Made by a program: the position numbers and the translations under genes. The notes below the pieces were generated by a model, which saw nothing but the letters and a program-made list of their open reading frames with translations, had not been told where the DNA came from and did not search any database. Shown in pieces: positions 20,382-31,162 of a DNA stretch of 64,000 bases. Origin of the DNA: Lentisphaeria bacterium (lineage in GTDB: Bacteria; Verrucomicrobiota; Lentisphaeria; JABSQK01; JAWLHB01). The stretch covers positions 62,001-126,000 of the forward strand of contig JAWLHB010000018.1 of the NCBI GenBank assembly GCA_041690595.1. The letters are read 5' to 3'. The number at the start of each line of letters is the position of its first letter. Positions within the stretch are counted from its first letter, which is position 1.

Positions 20382-21620
20382 TCACGCCGACGGAGATTCC
20401 GGCACCGGCACCACCGCGGGCTCCGGTGCCTGCGCCTTCACTCGGCGCCCCATGATCCCAATCAGCGGAATCAGCAGCCAGAAGAGGAACGGCCCCACCA
20501 GGAAGACCATGCCGATCGACCACGTGCGCGCCACCCACTGACTCAGCAGCGGCGCCAGCAGCCACCCCACCGAGCGTGACGTCACCGACAGCCCCAGCAC
20601 CGTACCCCGCCGCGACTCCGGCGTCGTCCGCGACAGCCAGGACTGGAAGACAGGATCCATTCCCCCCGCAAAAAAGTACATCCCCAGCCGTGCGGGAAAG
20701 AGCACATTGAAGCTGCTCGAAAGACCGATCAGCAGAAGAAAAAAACCCGCCCCGAAGGCCGTGAAACGGCCAATCAGCCCCGGCGCCCAGCGATCCGCCA
20801 ATCGCCCGAAGACGAGCCCCGACAGCATCGCGCCGATCGCCCCCATCGCGTTCAGACCACCCGTCACCGACGCGGAGCCCTCCAACTGCCCGCCCCGAAG
20901 CTCCTGCACCAGCAGCGGAAACATCGCCGTATCGAATTGGGTGGCCAGCGCCATGGCAAAGAGGATGGTCAGGATCGGCAGGGACGGCCCCAACAGCCTG
21001 AAACGCAGCGACCAGCGTTCCCGCAGCGTCTGCCGCGCTCGCGGTGGCGCCACGAACTCCTCCTGCGCGAAAAGCAGGATGACCAGACCCGCGATCAGCA
21101 GCATCACTCCCGAAACCACGAAGGTGAAGCGGTACCCCACCGTATCGGCCAGGAAGCCGCCGACAAAGGCCGCCGTGGTCATCCCGGAAAAGACCGCCGC
21201 GCTCAGCCAGCCCATGGCGACCCCATGACGATGCTCCGGCGCCGTCGCCACCACCAGCGTCATCGACGCGGTGACCGTCCCCGTCAACGCCCCCTGCAGC
21301 ACCCGCAGCAGGATCAGCGTCTCCACGTTTTGCACCAGGGCCATCATCCCGATGATCACCGCCGCGCTGAAATTCGCCCGCAACAGCATCGGCTTCCGCC
21401 CATACCGATCGGCAAGCATCCCCCAGATCGGCCCCATGATCGCGAGCGGCAGGCAGGCAGCCGCCACGAAGATCCCCGACCAGAACTTGATCGCATCCGG
21501 CTCCGTCACCCCCAGCGTCTGAATATAATACGACGAAAAGGGCAGGGACATGCCGAAACCCATCAGTGAACAGAACTGAGAGATCCAGACGACCGCGAGA
21601 TTACGTTTCCAGTTTACCAT
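20382..21620 (-). CDS. MFS transporter, DHA1/MdtG-like
   Basis: About 12 hydrophobic segments, WKRNL N-terminus, motif A WGMLADRYGRKPML, and LRVLQG. Confidence 0.9.
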   Translation of the reverse strand: MVNWKRNLAVVWISQFCSLMGFGMSLPFSSYYIQTLGVTEPDAIKFWSGIFVAAACLPLAIMGPIWGMLADRYGRKPMLLRANFSAAVIIGMMALVQNVETLILLRVLQGALTGTVTASMTLVVATAPEHRHGVAMGWLSAAVFSGMTTAAFVGGFLADTVGYRFTFVVSGVMLLIAGLVILLFAQEEFVAPPRARQTLRERWSLRFRLLGPSLPILTILFAMALATQFDTAMFPLLVQELRGGQLEGSASVTGGLNAMGAIGAMLSGLVFGRLADRWAPGLIGRFTAFGAGFFLLLIGLSSSFNVLFPARLGMYFFAGGMDPVFQSWLSRTTPESRRGTVLGLSVTSRSVGWLLAPLLSQWVARTWSIGMVFLVGPFLFWLLIPLIGIMGRRVKAQAPEPAVVPVPESPSA

Positions 21621-21741
21621 GGGACAATCGAGTTAAGGCAAGAAACTACAGATCATCCACTATACATCCCCAATCTCGCCCGGCGGCCCGCCATGAAGAA
21701 AAAACAACCCCCTGCGCCCGCGTTCACGCCGAAATCGGCTC

Positions 21742-22764
21742 TCAGGACGAGGCGGGAATGGGCTTCAGATTCGCGACGGAGTCGCGTTGCACGAGCGCGA
21801 CGGGCACCACCGAACGACTCGCGGGGGCATCTTCCCCGCTGATCCGCGCCAGCAGCTTCTTGACCGCCAGACGTCCCATATCCTCTTTCGGCACGTTGAT
21901 CGTGGTCAGGCCGGCACGTCGAGCCTCGGAGACATCATCCATGCCGATGATGCTGAGATCCCGCGGCACCTGTTTCCCAAGGCGCCGAAGTCCCGCCATG
22001 ACGCCGAGCGCCGTGGCATCGTCGCAACAGACTAGCGCGGTGAACTCCCCGAGCTGGTCGATCAGCGAGTCGGCCAGCGCATCCGCCGCGTCTGCCCCCC
22101 CTTCCGTATCGAAGATGAAGCGCCGCTGCAGCTCCAGGTCGTGGTCGAAGATAGCCAGTCGGAAGGCATCGAACTGCTCCTTGGCCATGACCGTCTCGCA
22201 GTTGCTGTGGATATAGCCGATCTTCTCGTGCCCCATCTGCGTCAGGTGAGCCACGGCAAGACGCGCCGCTCGCGCACCGTCAGCAACGACGGCCTCGACA
22301 TCCTTCGGCGCATCGCCGATTGCCACCGCCGGCGTCTGATCCGTCCGGATGATCTCCAGCAGCCGCTCCCGGGCCGGGCCGAGCAGCAGCACCCCATCGC
22401 ACTTGTTGTCCCGGATCAGCGTCGGGCCATTGCGGTCCATCCGCGCTTCCGGCATCGCCAGAATCAGGTGAAAATCGTTCTGCGCCGCCTCCTGCTGGAT
22501 CCCATCGAAGATGGGGCCGAAAACAGGATTCGCAAAAACTCCGGCTATGCCCGCCGAAAGAAAGATACCGAGGTTGTGCGTGCCCGTCTGGTAGGAGATC
22601 TTTGGGCGCGGCCGGTACCCCATGCTCTTCGCCACCTTCAGCACCCGCCGACGAGTCTTCTCCGAAATAACCGGGGTAGAACGATTGTTGAGCACCACGG
22701 ATACCGTGGTTCGCGAAACCCCCGCCTTTTCCGCGATCATCTTCTGCCCGATTGATTCCGCCAT
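21742..22764 (-). CDS. LacI-family transcriptional regulator
   Basis: IAEKAGVSRTTVSVVLN HTH, VPRDLSIIGMDD, LTTI and C-terminal LVQRDS. Confidence 0.93.
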   Translation of the reverse strand: MAESIGQKMIAEKAGVSRTTVSVVLNNRSTPVISEKTRRRVLKVAKSMGYRPRPKISYQTGTHNLGIFLSAGIAGVFANPVFGPIFDGIQQEAAQNDFHLILAMPEARMDRNGPTLIRDNKCDGVLLLGPARERLLEIIRTDQTPAVAIGDAPKDVEAVVADGARAARLAVAHLTQMGHEKIGYIHSNCETVMAKEQFDAFRLAIFDHDLELQRRFIFDTEGGADAADALADSLIDQLGEFTALVCCDDATALGVMAGLRRLGKQVPRDLSIIGMDDVSEARRAGLTTINVPKEDMGRLAVKKLLARISGEDAPASRSVVPVALVQRDSVANLKPIPASS

Positions 22765-22776
22765 GCCCGTTTCCCG

Positions 22777-23694
22777 CTAGTTGATCTTGATCTGCAGCTT
22801 GTAGTCAAAGCTGCTGTAAGTGCCTTCCGGCACATGAATGGAGAAGCTGTACCCCTCGTACGGACAGGCCCCCGAATAAATGTAGGGCCGCATGACCGGC
22901 TCCTTTGTCTTCAGCTCCAACGAACGGCCCTCGCCCCACGGTCCCGTCACCTTTGCTTCGTCGGCAAGGCCCTTCCCCGCCAACTTGGCGCTCTTGGCGT
23001 ACTCATAGGTCACCGTCTCCTTCTTCCGCCCCTGCACATGACGGATCTCCACCTCGTACCCCTTGAACTGCGCTTCACGCTCACTCTGTTTCACGTGCGG
23101 CGGGAAAGTCGCCAGACGACGAAAGGAGGCGCCCATGCTTGCCCGGCTCTTCTTCACGTTCGAGCACTTCAAGCCCGTCACCACCGTGATCATGTCTCTT
23201 GTGAACTCATACGTTCTTTTCAGCTCCGCTTCGTCTTCGAGAATCGCCTCGAGGATCAGCTTGTTGCGTGGGTTGTCCTGCGGCTTGTATTCGCTCTTTG
23301 TCCGGATCATGTAGCGCGGCACGCTTTCGGGGCGGCCATGCTCATTGGTGATCGTGTACGCACCGGCCAGCGCGCCGCCAAGGTCGAATCGCTCGCCGAC
23401 CACCTTGTCGTCGCGATCCAGCATCTCGATCTCCAGCGCTCCGTCTTCCGTGATGTAGGCGCGATACTTGCCGCGCGAGTGATAGTAGGCATGATACCCT
23501 TTGCCTACTCCTTCCGTCAGCACCGGCAGGTGATAACGCTCGACACCACTCACCGTCCACATCCGCCGTTCATCCGGCTTGCTCGGTACGCGTGGCACAT
23601 CCGAACCATCGGCAAGCTCCGCGGCAGCCGGCAGTCCCAACGCGATCAGGATCAGGAGAGAGAAAAATGAGGTAAGGTAAGAGACGGACTTCAT
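22777..23694 (-). CDS. Secreted hypothetical protein
   Basis: Signal peptide MKSVSYLTSFFSLLILIALGLPAAA, AAGGAG RBS, no recognisable family motif. Confidence 0.7.
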   Translation of the reverse strand: MKSVSYLTSFFSLLILIALGLPAAAELADGSDVPRVPSKPDERRMWTVSGVERYHLPVLTEGVGKGYHAYYHSRGKYRAYITEDGALEIEMLDRDDKVVGERFDLGGALAGAYTITNEHGRPESVPRYMIRTKSEYKPQDNPRNKLILEAILEDEAELKRTYEFTRDMITVVTGLKCSNVKKSRASMGASFRRLATFPPHVKQSEREAQFKGYEVEIRHVQGRKKETVTYEYAKSAKLAGKGLADEAKVTGPWGEGRSLELKTKEPVMRPYIYSGACPYEGYSFSIHVPEGTYSSFDYKLQIKIN

Positions 23695-23789
23695 CGCTGG
23701 CTCCTTCGGAATCTGCCTGCCGCGCAGCCGCCGGACATCCAGCCGGGTACTGCCTGCAGGGGGGTTGACATGTATGAGCTTCACCTGTA

Positions 23790-23818
23790 ACTATAGGCAT
23801 CCGTCAGCCGGTTGTCCA
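23790..23818 (-). promoter_or_regulatory. Sigma70-like promoter for the 23694-21742 genes
   Basis: Minus strand TGGACA-N17-TATAGT. Confidence 0.55.
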
Positions 23819-23899
23819 GTTCAACGAACTAACCGATTTAGTAATACCTCCGAGCTTTGCCAGCGCGCCCCGCGCGGCCGTATCAGGCGGAAACCGGGA

Positions 23900-26218
23900 T
23901 CACAATGCGGGTGAGCCGGCTGGATAATGCCGGAAGTCGAGCCCCTCGAGCAGTCCGCTGCGCCAGGCGGGGCCAAGCCAGGTACCCAGACCGCGATGCA
24001 GCATCGCCACCGGCTTCCCCTCAAGCGTCGGCGCGATGAAGGCCAGGCTCTCCAGCATCTGCTCGAGAATATGCATCCCCGGACGAAGATGCCCGCTGCT
24101 CCCCGAGACTTGCCAGGCCGTCGTGAAGTAGAGCAGGATCATCTCCGGCACCACCGACTCCACCCCTCCTTCCAGCACCAGCCTTCCCACGCCTTCGGCA
24201 GTCTGCACCAGCCAGTCGGCCAGGGCGGCCTCATGCGTGACGGCCCACGTTGCCTGAACCCCCAGAGCGATACTGGCATAACCGAACGCCCCCTGTACCA
24301 TCTGGGTGAGAAGCGCCTCGTCCAGCGGATGTGCCGTCAAGGCCCGCGCCAACTCCAGCATGCCGTCGTGGAAACGTTTTTCGCGAGTGATGTCGGTCAG
24401 TGCCGCCAGGTGAAGAAGCGCCCAGCCAAGTTCCCGACTGAAGCCCCAGAAGCAGGCCCGCCGCTGTTGCTGGGAAAGCGCCCGCAGGATGAAATCCCCT
24501 TGATCCACGGCCACCTGGAGCGCATCGTCATCCCCCGACAGGCAGTACCACGCGAGTAACCCTTCCGCCCAGAGATGGCTCGGGTACGCGGTCGCGCGCT
24601 GATGGTCGGCACTGTGCGCCGGTGTCCCATGGTGCAGCAGCTCCGAGTCGGAGTAGGCGACAAAATCCACCTCGATGGCATGCCGGGCGAACCAGCGCAG
24701 CCGCTCCCAGTGCTCCAGGGAAGGCGCATCGCGCATGACCTCCCGCACCAGCGCCAGGATCGCGTCGTATTCGTTGTTCGCCCAGACCGGTTCATGCGTC
24801 AGGCTCCCGGACCATTCCGTCAGCGGCGTGTGGTTGCCGCTGCGAAACCAGGGATGCGACGTGCCGCTCAGCGGCCTGGTGCTGTGATTGGCGGCATACG
24901 TGCGGGTGTAGCCCATGTCGATGGTGTCGCCCAGTTCCCACATGCCGAGAATGGTCGGTAGCGTCCCCAGCTTGCGCAGATAGCGATGGAAGCGACGCGA
25001 AGTCGGCGGCTCGGCCGGAAGCATCAGCTCCGCCCCCCAGCACTTCCGGGTCGCATACCACTCCGCCGGCAGCCGCACTACGCAGCCATCCCGGCCACGC
25101 TCGGCCAGGCGGCGCAGCAATGGTGTCTCCGGTGGCGCCTCTCCCGGCGTGAACAGCAGATCCAGCCCCACCTCCCGCGATCTGCCCTGAAGCCAGCTCA
25201 GCGGCTCCGCCCAAGCAGGATGAAGATGCAGAGCCAGGCTCTCGTCGCCGACGGTCAGCGCCTTTGGGCACATCTCCCGGAAATCGCGCGGGGCGGCAGT
25301 CACCCACCCCTTCTCCAGCGCCAGCCCCAGAAACGGCTCCGTATGATCGGCTATGTCCGGCATGAAGAGCGGCCAGCCCTCCTCCTCCCCGAATACCGAC
25401 GTATCGGCCACATGCACCCGGGCATGCGCCGTGGTGGCCCGAAGCTCCACCGGCACCTCCGTCACGATCTCCCGCGGTCGACAGAGCAGCGTATGATTCG
25501 GCTGAAAAACATGGTGACGCGCGGCTGCCTCCGTCTGCCAGTGCAGCGCCAATCGCAACTCCCGCACGTTGTGCACCGGAACTCCGGGCAAGGCATGCGT
25601 CACCAGCAAACGCAGCATGACCTGTGACGAGCCGGCAAGCACCGCTGCCCGCAGGCGAAAGTCGAAGAGCCGTACCCCCTTTTCCGTAACTAAGCCGCCG
25701 CTCACTTCACCCTCGACGCGAACCGGGCCCCATTCACGAACCCGCGTGCTCCTCCCCCCTGGCGAAAATGCCGCCACCGGATGCCCCTCTACAGCGGCGA
25801 CGGCGCTCATGGCGGGCACTGCCGTTACGATCTCACCCCCCTGCCGGATCCATTCGACCGGGCTGGCGCCCTCCGCCGCAAGGCGGATGGTCAGGTCGCC
25901 GGTGCCAAGTTCGATCCCCCCCTCCGTCTCGCGTATCCAGGCAGGGACGGGCGGGGCATCTCCCACTTCCCGGTGCAGCTCGGCCGTGCCGGAACGATCC
26001 GCCAGCCCCTGCAACTCCAGCCAGCGCACCGACCCATCCGCCCAGCTTACCAGCGGCCGCGCCTGGAGCGCGATCCCATCGGTCGCGCCGGCCAGCCGAA
26101 GCGACCATGCATCCGTTGGCAAAGCCTCTCCTTCAGGCAGGGGCAGCGAAAAGCGGAACCAATCGGGAGAGCCTTCCTGCCGAGGCCTCACGCTCAGGCG
26201 AGGCAGATTACCTTTCAT
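23900..26218 (-). CDS. PcRGLX/YetA-like (RIFT barrel plus alpha-toroid) putative polysaccharide lyase/hydrolase
   Basis: N-terminal FSLPLPEG...QARPLVSWADGSVRWL, GMWELGD, WANNEYD, H-x-W-x-EGL-x-x-WY-x-LSGD and RELGW motifs recall this family. Confidence 0.6.
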   Translation of the reverse strand: MKGNLPRLSVRPRQEGSPDWFRFSLPLPEGEALPTDAWSLRLAGATDGIALQARPLVSWADGSVRWLELQGLADRSGTAELHREVGDAPPVPAWIRETEGGIELGTGDLTIRLAAEGASPVEWIRQGGEIVTAVPAMSAVAAVEGHPVAAFSPGGRSTRVREWGPVRVEGEVSGGLVTEKGVRLFDFRLRAAVLAGSSQVMLRLLVTHALPGVPVHNVRELRLALHWQTEAAARHHVFQPNHTLLCRPREIVTEVPVELRATTAHARVHVADTSVFGEEEGWPLFMPDIADHTEPFLGLALEKGWVTAAPRDFREMCPKALTVGDESLALHLHPAWAEPLSWLQGRSREVGLDLLFTPGEAPPETPLLRRLAERGRDGCVVRLPAEWYATRKCWGAELMLPAEPPTSRRFHRYLRKLGTLPTILGMWELGDTIDMGYTRTYAANHSTRPLSGTSHPWFRSGNHTPLTEWSGSLTHEPVWANNEYDAILALVREVMRDAPSLEHWERLRWFARHAIEVDFVAYSDSELLHHGTPAHSADHQRATAYPSHLWAEGLLAWYCLSGDDDALQVAVDQGDFILRALSQQQRRACFWGFSRELGWALLHLAALTDITREKRFHDGMLELARALTAHPLDEALLTQMVQGAFGYASIALGVQATWAVTHEAALADWLVQTAEGVGRLVLEGGVESVVPEMILLYFTTAWQVSGSSGHLRPGMHILEQMLESLAFIAPTLEGKPVAMLHRGLGTWLGPAWRSGLLEGLDFRHYPAGSPAL

Positions 26219-28691
26219 GAGACAGCGCTCCCGCCGGCACCAGCAGCGGGTGACCCGGTCGGCCAAGCAGAGAGGGTACATTCAGGAAATAACACTTGGC
26301 GGAGGTGGCCGGATTGATCAGCCATACCTGCGCTTCCGCCCCTTCCACCGGAATCACGATACACCTCAACTCCGCATCCTCATCGGCAACGGTGAAATCC
26401 CGCCGCCCTGGCCAACCCGGCGCCTGCAGCGACAACCTGCCGTCAGTCTTGACCAGCAGCCGCTCGGTCCCGGCAGGCACGTACAGCGCCGCCGGACCAT
26501 AGAACCGGATCATGGGATGCGCTTCTTCCGAAAGATCGAGCGCTACGTGCCACAAGGCTGGGAAATCCGGCCGATAGTCCTCACCGCCCGTGACGTGAAA
26601 GCGATAGTCGCCCGCCGCGGGAAGCTCGATCGGCACCGTAAAGGTCGCATAGTCGTACCGCTCGCTGGTCTGCACGCTCCGGCGTCCCTCCCAGACATCC
26701 TCGCCGGCTTCATCCGTCACGGTCACGATGTAAACATGGCGCACCCCCTCCATCGGCAGATCCAGCACCAGCGGCGCGCCCTCCGGAACGCGCACCAACC
26801 ACTCCGAATTCCCGCGCAGGAAGCCGCCCGGCTGCACCGGTTCGTCCAGCTCGTCCAGCCCTTCCACGATCGTCAATGGGCCGGCAAAATGGCGGCGGCG
26901 GCTATCCGGAGGCGTGGCCTCCAGATCCTGGGCGAAGATCGCCATCAGCGCCTCGTCCGAAAGCGCTTCGGCCACCTTCCAGACAGCTTCAGGATCCTTG
27001 AAGTGCCATCCGTCCGCAAGCGGCCGAAGCACGGGATCCCCGCTGTTCACAAGGCGGCGCTGCAACGCATAGGCGTGAACGATACCCCTTTCGCGTGTCT
27101 GCCAGGTAAAGATGAGCATCGGTTTCAGCGCCGCATAGGCGCCCTCGCGATCGCCGGCCGCGCGCGCATCCTGCCAATCCCGGTAGAGAAGCGCATAATG
27201 GAGCAGCACCACCATGTCCGTCAACCGCGCCTGCACGTCCGGCGCCGCATCTTTGGCCTCCTCCATGGCCTGCCCCAACTGTCGGAACCAGAGGTGCAGC
27301 GCGTGCTGCGTCAGCTCCTGACTCTCCTCCCACATCTCGTAAAGTCGCTTCATGCTCCCCGCGGCCGGACCGTAGGCGTGGCGGAACCAGTCGTCATACA
27401 GCGCTTCGGCATCGGCCGCTGGATCCCAGAGCAGCTGCGCCGCGACCGTCGTGGCCGGCCCCTGCGCCCCCCAGTTGATGTTCATCTCCGCGTTGTAGGC
27501 GACCGCGCCCCAGTCGCGGAACCGGGGTATCGCCTCCCGCACATAGCTGAAACGGGCGCCGCGCGAGCGTCCCGGCAGCCCCCAGTCCCACGCCTCCACC
27601 CCAAGGTAATCACGAATCCCGATCGCGGTGACCGTCTCTCGCCAGCGCTGCACCAGCTCGTCCAGCGTATAATTCGTCTTGTTGAAAGCCGTCGCCACCT
27701 GCACATACACGTTCGGCTCTGCCTTCACCTTCTCCGGTGGCAGACGGTGCGAGGCATACACGTAGAAACTGACCACTGCGTCGGGGAACTCCGTTCGCAA
27801 CGACCGAGCTACATGGTTGGCCAGATACAGCACCTGGTCCGATCCATTGCCCAGCGCCTTGCAAGGCTCGCAGAAGCAGGCGACGCTGCTGTCGTTCGGA
27901 TCCATCGACACGCACCAGGCCAGCGGATTGACCGCCTTGTCCGCCCGCAGCTCCGCGAGCTTGTCCGCGGCAAAGATGCGCGCCACCTCGGGGTTCGAAT
28001 AGCAGAGACTCTGGTACCGATCGAAGGGGAGACGCTCCCCATCTTCCTTCATCGCAAAATACTCCGGGTGCGCTTCGAACTCCGCCGCATGCTTGCCGAC
28101 GGTGTTCGGATAGGTGTGCCCGCTCTTGAAGGGGGCCACGCCTCCCAGGCGGTTGCCCTCGCACCAGCGGCGATAGTCCGCCGAAAGCACCTCCCGCGAC
28201 GGATCGATCCCCGGACCATACGCGTACCAGATATCCCGGTTGCCAAAGTGCGGCTCGGTGACAACATTCAGCTCGGGCACCGTCAGCGACGCCTGGTTCG
28301 GGACGACCGTCCAGCGTTCTCCCGGCTGCAACCAGCGCACTCCGAGCCGGTAAAGGAGATCATGCACCCCGTCGTGCACCGCCTTGGGGCTGTTGCCGAC
28401 AATGTCCAGCCCCCCATCGTGCGTGTGAAGCAGGTAGGCTGCCGCACCCAGAGTCGCCAGCCGCGGCTCCTCCGTGCCCAGCGCCAGCCGGATGACCGGC
28501 GCGCCGGCCGCCGCTTCTCTGGGCAGCGTCGCTCCCGTCATGCGCTCCACGTACTCCGCCAGCGCATCCGCGCTCTTCAGCAGCTCTTCAGGTGCGTGAA
28601 CTGCGGCCACCGCCTCGCCATTCTCGGTGACACGAACCGCCGCCCCGCTCAAGAGCGGCAGCAGCGCCATCAAAACTATCCAGAATCGCAT
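26208..28691 (-). CDS. Secreted DUF4838-domain glycoside-hydrolase-like protein
   Basis: Signal peptide, GH20/67-like N-domain (LAEYVERMTGATLP, LGVRWLQPG), HPEYFAM, LCYSNPEV, SMDPND, C-x-C-x-x-C and LLWDP motifs. Confidence 0.75.
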   Translation of the reverse strand: MRFWIVLMALLPLLSGAAVRVTENGEAVAAVHAPEELLKSADALAEYVERMTGATLPREAAAGAPVIRLALGTEEPRLATLGAAAYLLHTHDGGLDIVGNSPKAVHDGVHDLLYRLGVRWLQPGERWTVVPNQASLTVPELNVVTEPHFGNRDIWYAYGPGIDPSREVLSADYRRWCEGNRLGGVAPFKSGHTYPNTVGKHAAEFEAHPEYFAMKEDGERLPFDRYQSLCYSNPEVARIFAADKLAELRADKAVNPLAWCVSMDPNDSSVACFCEPCKALGNGSDQVLYLANHVARSLRTEFPDAVVSFYVYASHRLPPEKVKAEPNVYVQVATAFNKTNYTLDELVQRWRETVTAIGIRDYLGVEAWDWGLPGRSRGARFSYVREAIPRFRDWGAVAYNAEMNINWGAQGPATTVAAQLLWDPAADAEALYDDWFRHAYGPAAGSMKRLYEMWEESQELTQHALHLWFRQLGQAMEEAKDAAPDVQARLTDMVVLLHYALLYRDWQDARAAGDREGAYAALKPMLIFTWQTRERGIVHAYALQRRLVNSGDPVLRPLADGWHFKDPEAVWKVAEALSDEALMAIFAQDLEATPPDSRRRHFAGPLTIVEGLDELDEPVQPGGFLRGNSEWLVRVPEGAPLVLDLPMEGVRHVYIVTVTDEAGEDVWEGRRSVQTSERYDYATFTVPIELPAAGDYRFHVTGGEDYRPDFPALWHVALDLSEEAHPMIRFYGPAALYVPAGTERLLVKTDGRLSLQAPGWPGRRDFTVADEDAELRCIVIPVEGAEAQVWLINPATSAKCYFLNVPSLLGRPGHPLLVPAGALSHER

Positions 28692-28705
28692 ATGGCTTTC
28701 CTTCC

Positions 28706-31159
28706 TCAATCGTTGGTCTTCAGCCGCAACAGGCGGCAGGATCGTGACGGTACCTCGAACTCCACTCCCGCTCCTTCCAGCGCATGGCGGGTTGTCTCGC
28801 CAAGCGTCTCTCCGGTCAGGGCATTCTCCCAGCCGTACGCCTCGTCGAGCAGACCCGTGAAGCGCAGACGCAGCGCCATCGGGCTCGCCGAATAGTTGAA
28901 GAGCGCCACCAGCCGGTCGCGCCCATCGTCGCTGCGCAGCAACTGGACATGGTCATGGTAATACTGTACCTGCGGCCGCCATACAAAGCGCGACAGGAGG
29001 TTCTGGGCCAGCTCCGTCGCGACGTGCAGCTTCACCTCACCCGCCGGTTCCACCGACAGTTCCAGGCTGCGATCCAGCCCGCTGGCCAGGTAGGGCTGAA
29101 GCTGGATCAGCTCCGTGACCGCCTGCCGAATCGCGGCAAATTGCGCGCCGTCGAAGCAGTCACCGCGAAAGAAGGAGATGCCCTTGCCGCCGCCCAGCGC
29201 GGTCAGCAGGGTGATCAGCCGGGTCATGTCCGGCCGCAGACTGGCCTGGCGGTAGCGCGGAAACTCGTTGACGGTCTGTGCAACCGGGGTGATCAGGCAG
29301 GCGTCGACGGCCCGCCCCGACTGCACCGCGAATCGCTGTACCGTCGCCAGGGTCGGCAGCACGGACTTCATCCCGCCGGGCACTTCGTAGCAATAGTGGC
29401 TGGCGTAGATGGCATCCGCAAAGGTCGCCAGCTCGCGGATGCTGTGCCTCGCACCCCGCGGATCGTACCAGTATGCGGGAAGATCCGCCGCGGAAGCCAG
29501 CGCCAGGTACTTCAACTCCGGATTGACCCCCAGCATCTCCTCTTTCACCCGCGTCAGCAGATCACGGTTGCGTCGCCGTCCAAACTCCCGGTAGGCTCCC
29601 GCCAGCCGCCCGTCCGGCGCGACATCCGACCGGCTGACCGCCTCTCCGCTCTCTGCATGAAAGAGGCTCAGGCAGTTGTCGCACCAGCACCAGACCGGCG
29701 CACATTCGTAGTCCACGCAGAGCCCGTCTATCCCTTCCAGCGCCGCGAAATCGCGAGTTCGCGCGAAGTATTTGCCCAGCTCCGGATGATCAGCCTGCTC
29801 CAGGATCGCCAGTGGGCAGAAATCCCGCTCCAGCAGCTCACCATGCTGGTTGACGGCCGCCCACTGCCGCGTCGCATCCGTCACGCTGAAACCGTGCCCG
29901 AACCAGCCAAATCGGGGCACGACATCGAAACCGCTCTCCTTCAGCTCCCGGTTCACCGCGCCATCGTCGCCCGTGAAGACGTGGTCAAAGCCCGCGCCCC
30001 GCAGCATGTCGATGTAGCTGCGCCGGGCCGCATCACCTTCCGGGACATTGCCGCCCCACAGGCTGAGGTGAAAGTCGAGCGCTTCCCGCCCGGCCACCGG
30101 CTCCAGAGTGATCCCCCGAAGTGGATAATCGCTGGTGCGGAATGCCACCCCGTCGGCCGTGTACCAGGCCCGCAGCTGGCCATCCTCGAAGCCTGCATCG
30201 GCCTGCATGAAGAGTCGGACTCCCTGCGCGGAATGGGGCGTTTCGTAGTGTATCAGCCGGGCGATCGGCACCACATGGAGGCTCCCCCCTTCCACCTCCC
30301 GCGACGCCAACTGGTTACCGGCAAGATCGAAGAGGCTGACCGGGGATTTCGTCCATACATGGAGAAGGATCTCGCCCGCACCCTTCTCCCGCGGCAGCGT
30401 CGCGAAGAAGTTGTACTCCAGCGGGATGCCCGCCAGCAGGGTTATCCGGTTATCCGTCGCCACCACCGGCCACAGCTGGGTCTCGACCCCTTCGCTGAGA
30501 CCGTAGTAGAAGAGGGGCGCAGGCGGCGGAGAAACCGTGGCGGAGAGCGCTTCGGCAAACTCCCATTCCACCGTATCGATGAGCACGAAAGGCCAGGTAG
30601 CCGCGGCAAACGCATCCGTCAGGTTCGTGATCGTGAGCCGATTCTCCCCTGCCTGGAGCACGCCCGCCGGCACCGCTATCTCGCGCTGCTCCCAGCCGAC
30701 GTAGTAGCGCTGATTCAGCCCCATTTCCGGCGCCCGGTTGCGCGGGAAGGTTATCGCTTCGCCCAGCTTCGTGCCGTTAAGCGCAACTTCCACGGCATGC
30801 ACCTGCTGGTGGCGGTCGTTGAGCCCCGTCACGCGCAGGGTGCTGCCGCTCGCCGGAGCCGCGTCGAGCCGGAAGATCAGGGTCATCGTCGCATGGTCGC
30901 TCCCCTGGCCGGTCAGCACGCCCTTGGTGCGCTGAATCGTCTGCGGCCCGGCCTTCCACTTGCCCGCTTCGAGGGCGATCGGCGTTCCCTCGAAGGCGTT
31001 ATGGAAGCAACCATGGAAGAGAGCGTCGTCGAGCAGCCAGCTCTTGTCGGCGAGCACCACCGGCGCGGCAGCCGGCGCGGGTGGAAGCTCATTGCTGGAT
31101 GTCATCATGGTGGTGATCACCAGTAGAAGTGCACTTATGCGGATGGTGCTATAGAGCAT
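28706..31159 (-). CDS. Secreted hypothetical protein with a probable TIM-barrel glycoside-hydrolase-like domain
   Basis: N-terminal hydrophobic leader, beta-sandwich-like region, FCP and DGLCVDYE...CWCDNCLSLF motifs typical of GHL/GH42-like barrels. Confidence 0.55.
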   Translation of the reverse strand: MLYSTIRISALLLVITTMMTSSNELPPAPAAAPVVLADKSWLLDDALFHGCFHNAFEGTPIALEAGKWKAGPQTIQRTKGVLTGQGSDHATMTLIFRLDAAPASGSTLRVTGLNDRHQQVHAVEVALNGTKLGEAITFPRNRAPEMGLNQRYYVGWEQREIAVPAGVLQAGENRLTITNLTDAFAAATWPFVLIDTVEWEFAEALSATVSPPPAPLFYYGLSEGVETQLWPVVATDNRITLLAGIPLEYNFFATLPREKGAGEILLHVWTKSPVSLFDLAGNQLASREVEGGSLHVVPIARLIHYETPHSAQGVRLFMQADAGFEDGQLRAWYTADGVAFRTSDYPLRGITLEPVAGREALDFHLSLWGGNVPEGDAARRSYIDMLRGAGFDHVFTGDDGAVNRELKESGFDVVPRFGWFGHGFSVTDATRQWAAVNQHGELLERDFCPLAILEQADHPELGKYFARTRDFAALEGIDGLCVDYECAPVWCWCDNCLSLFHAESGEAVSRSDVAPDGRLAGAYREFGRRRNRDLLTRVKEEMLGVNPELKYLALASAADLPAYWYDPRGARHSIRELATFADAIYASHYCYEVPGGMKSVLPTLATVQRFAVQSGRAVDACLITPVAQTVNEFPRYRQASLRPDMTRLITLLTALGGGKGISFFRGDCFDGAQFAAIRQAVTELIQLQPYLASGLDRSLELSVEPAGEVKLHVATELAQNLLSRFVWRPQVQYYHDHVQLLRSDDGRDRLVALFNYSASPMALRLRFTGLLDEAYGWENALTGETLGETTRHALEGAGVEFEVPSRSCRLLRLKTND

Positions 31160-31162
31160 TGA

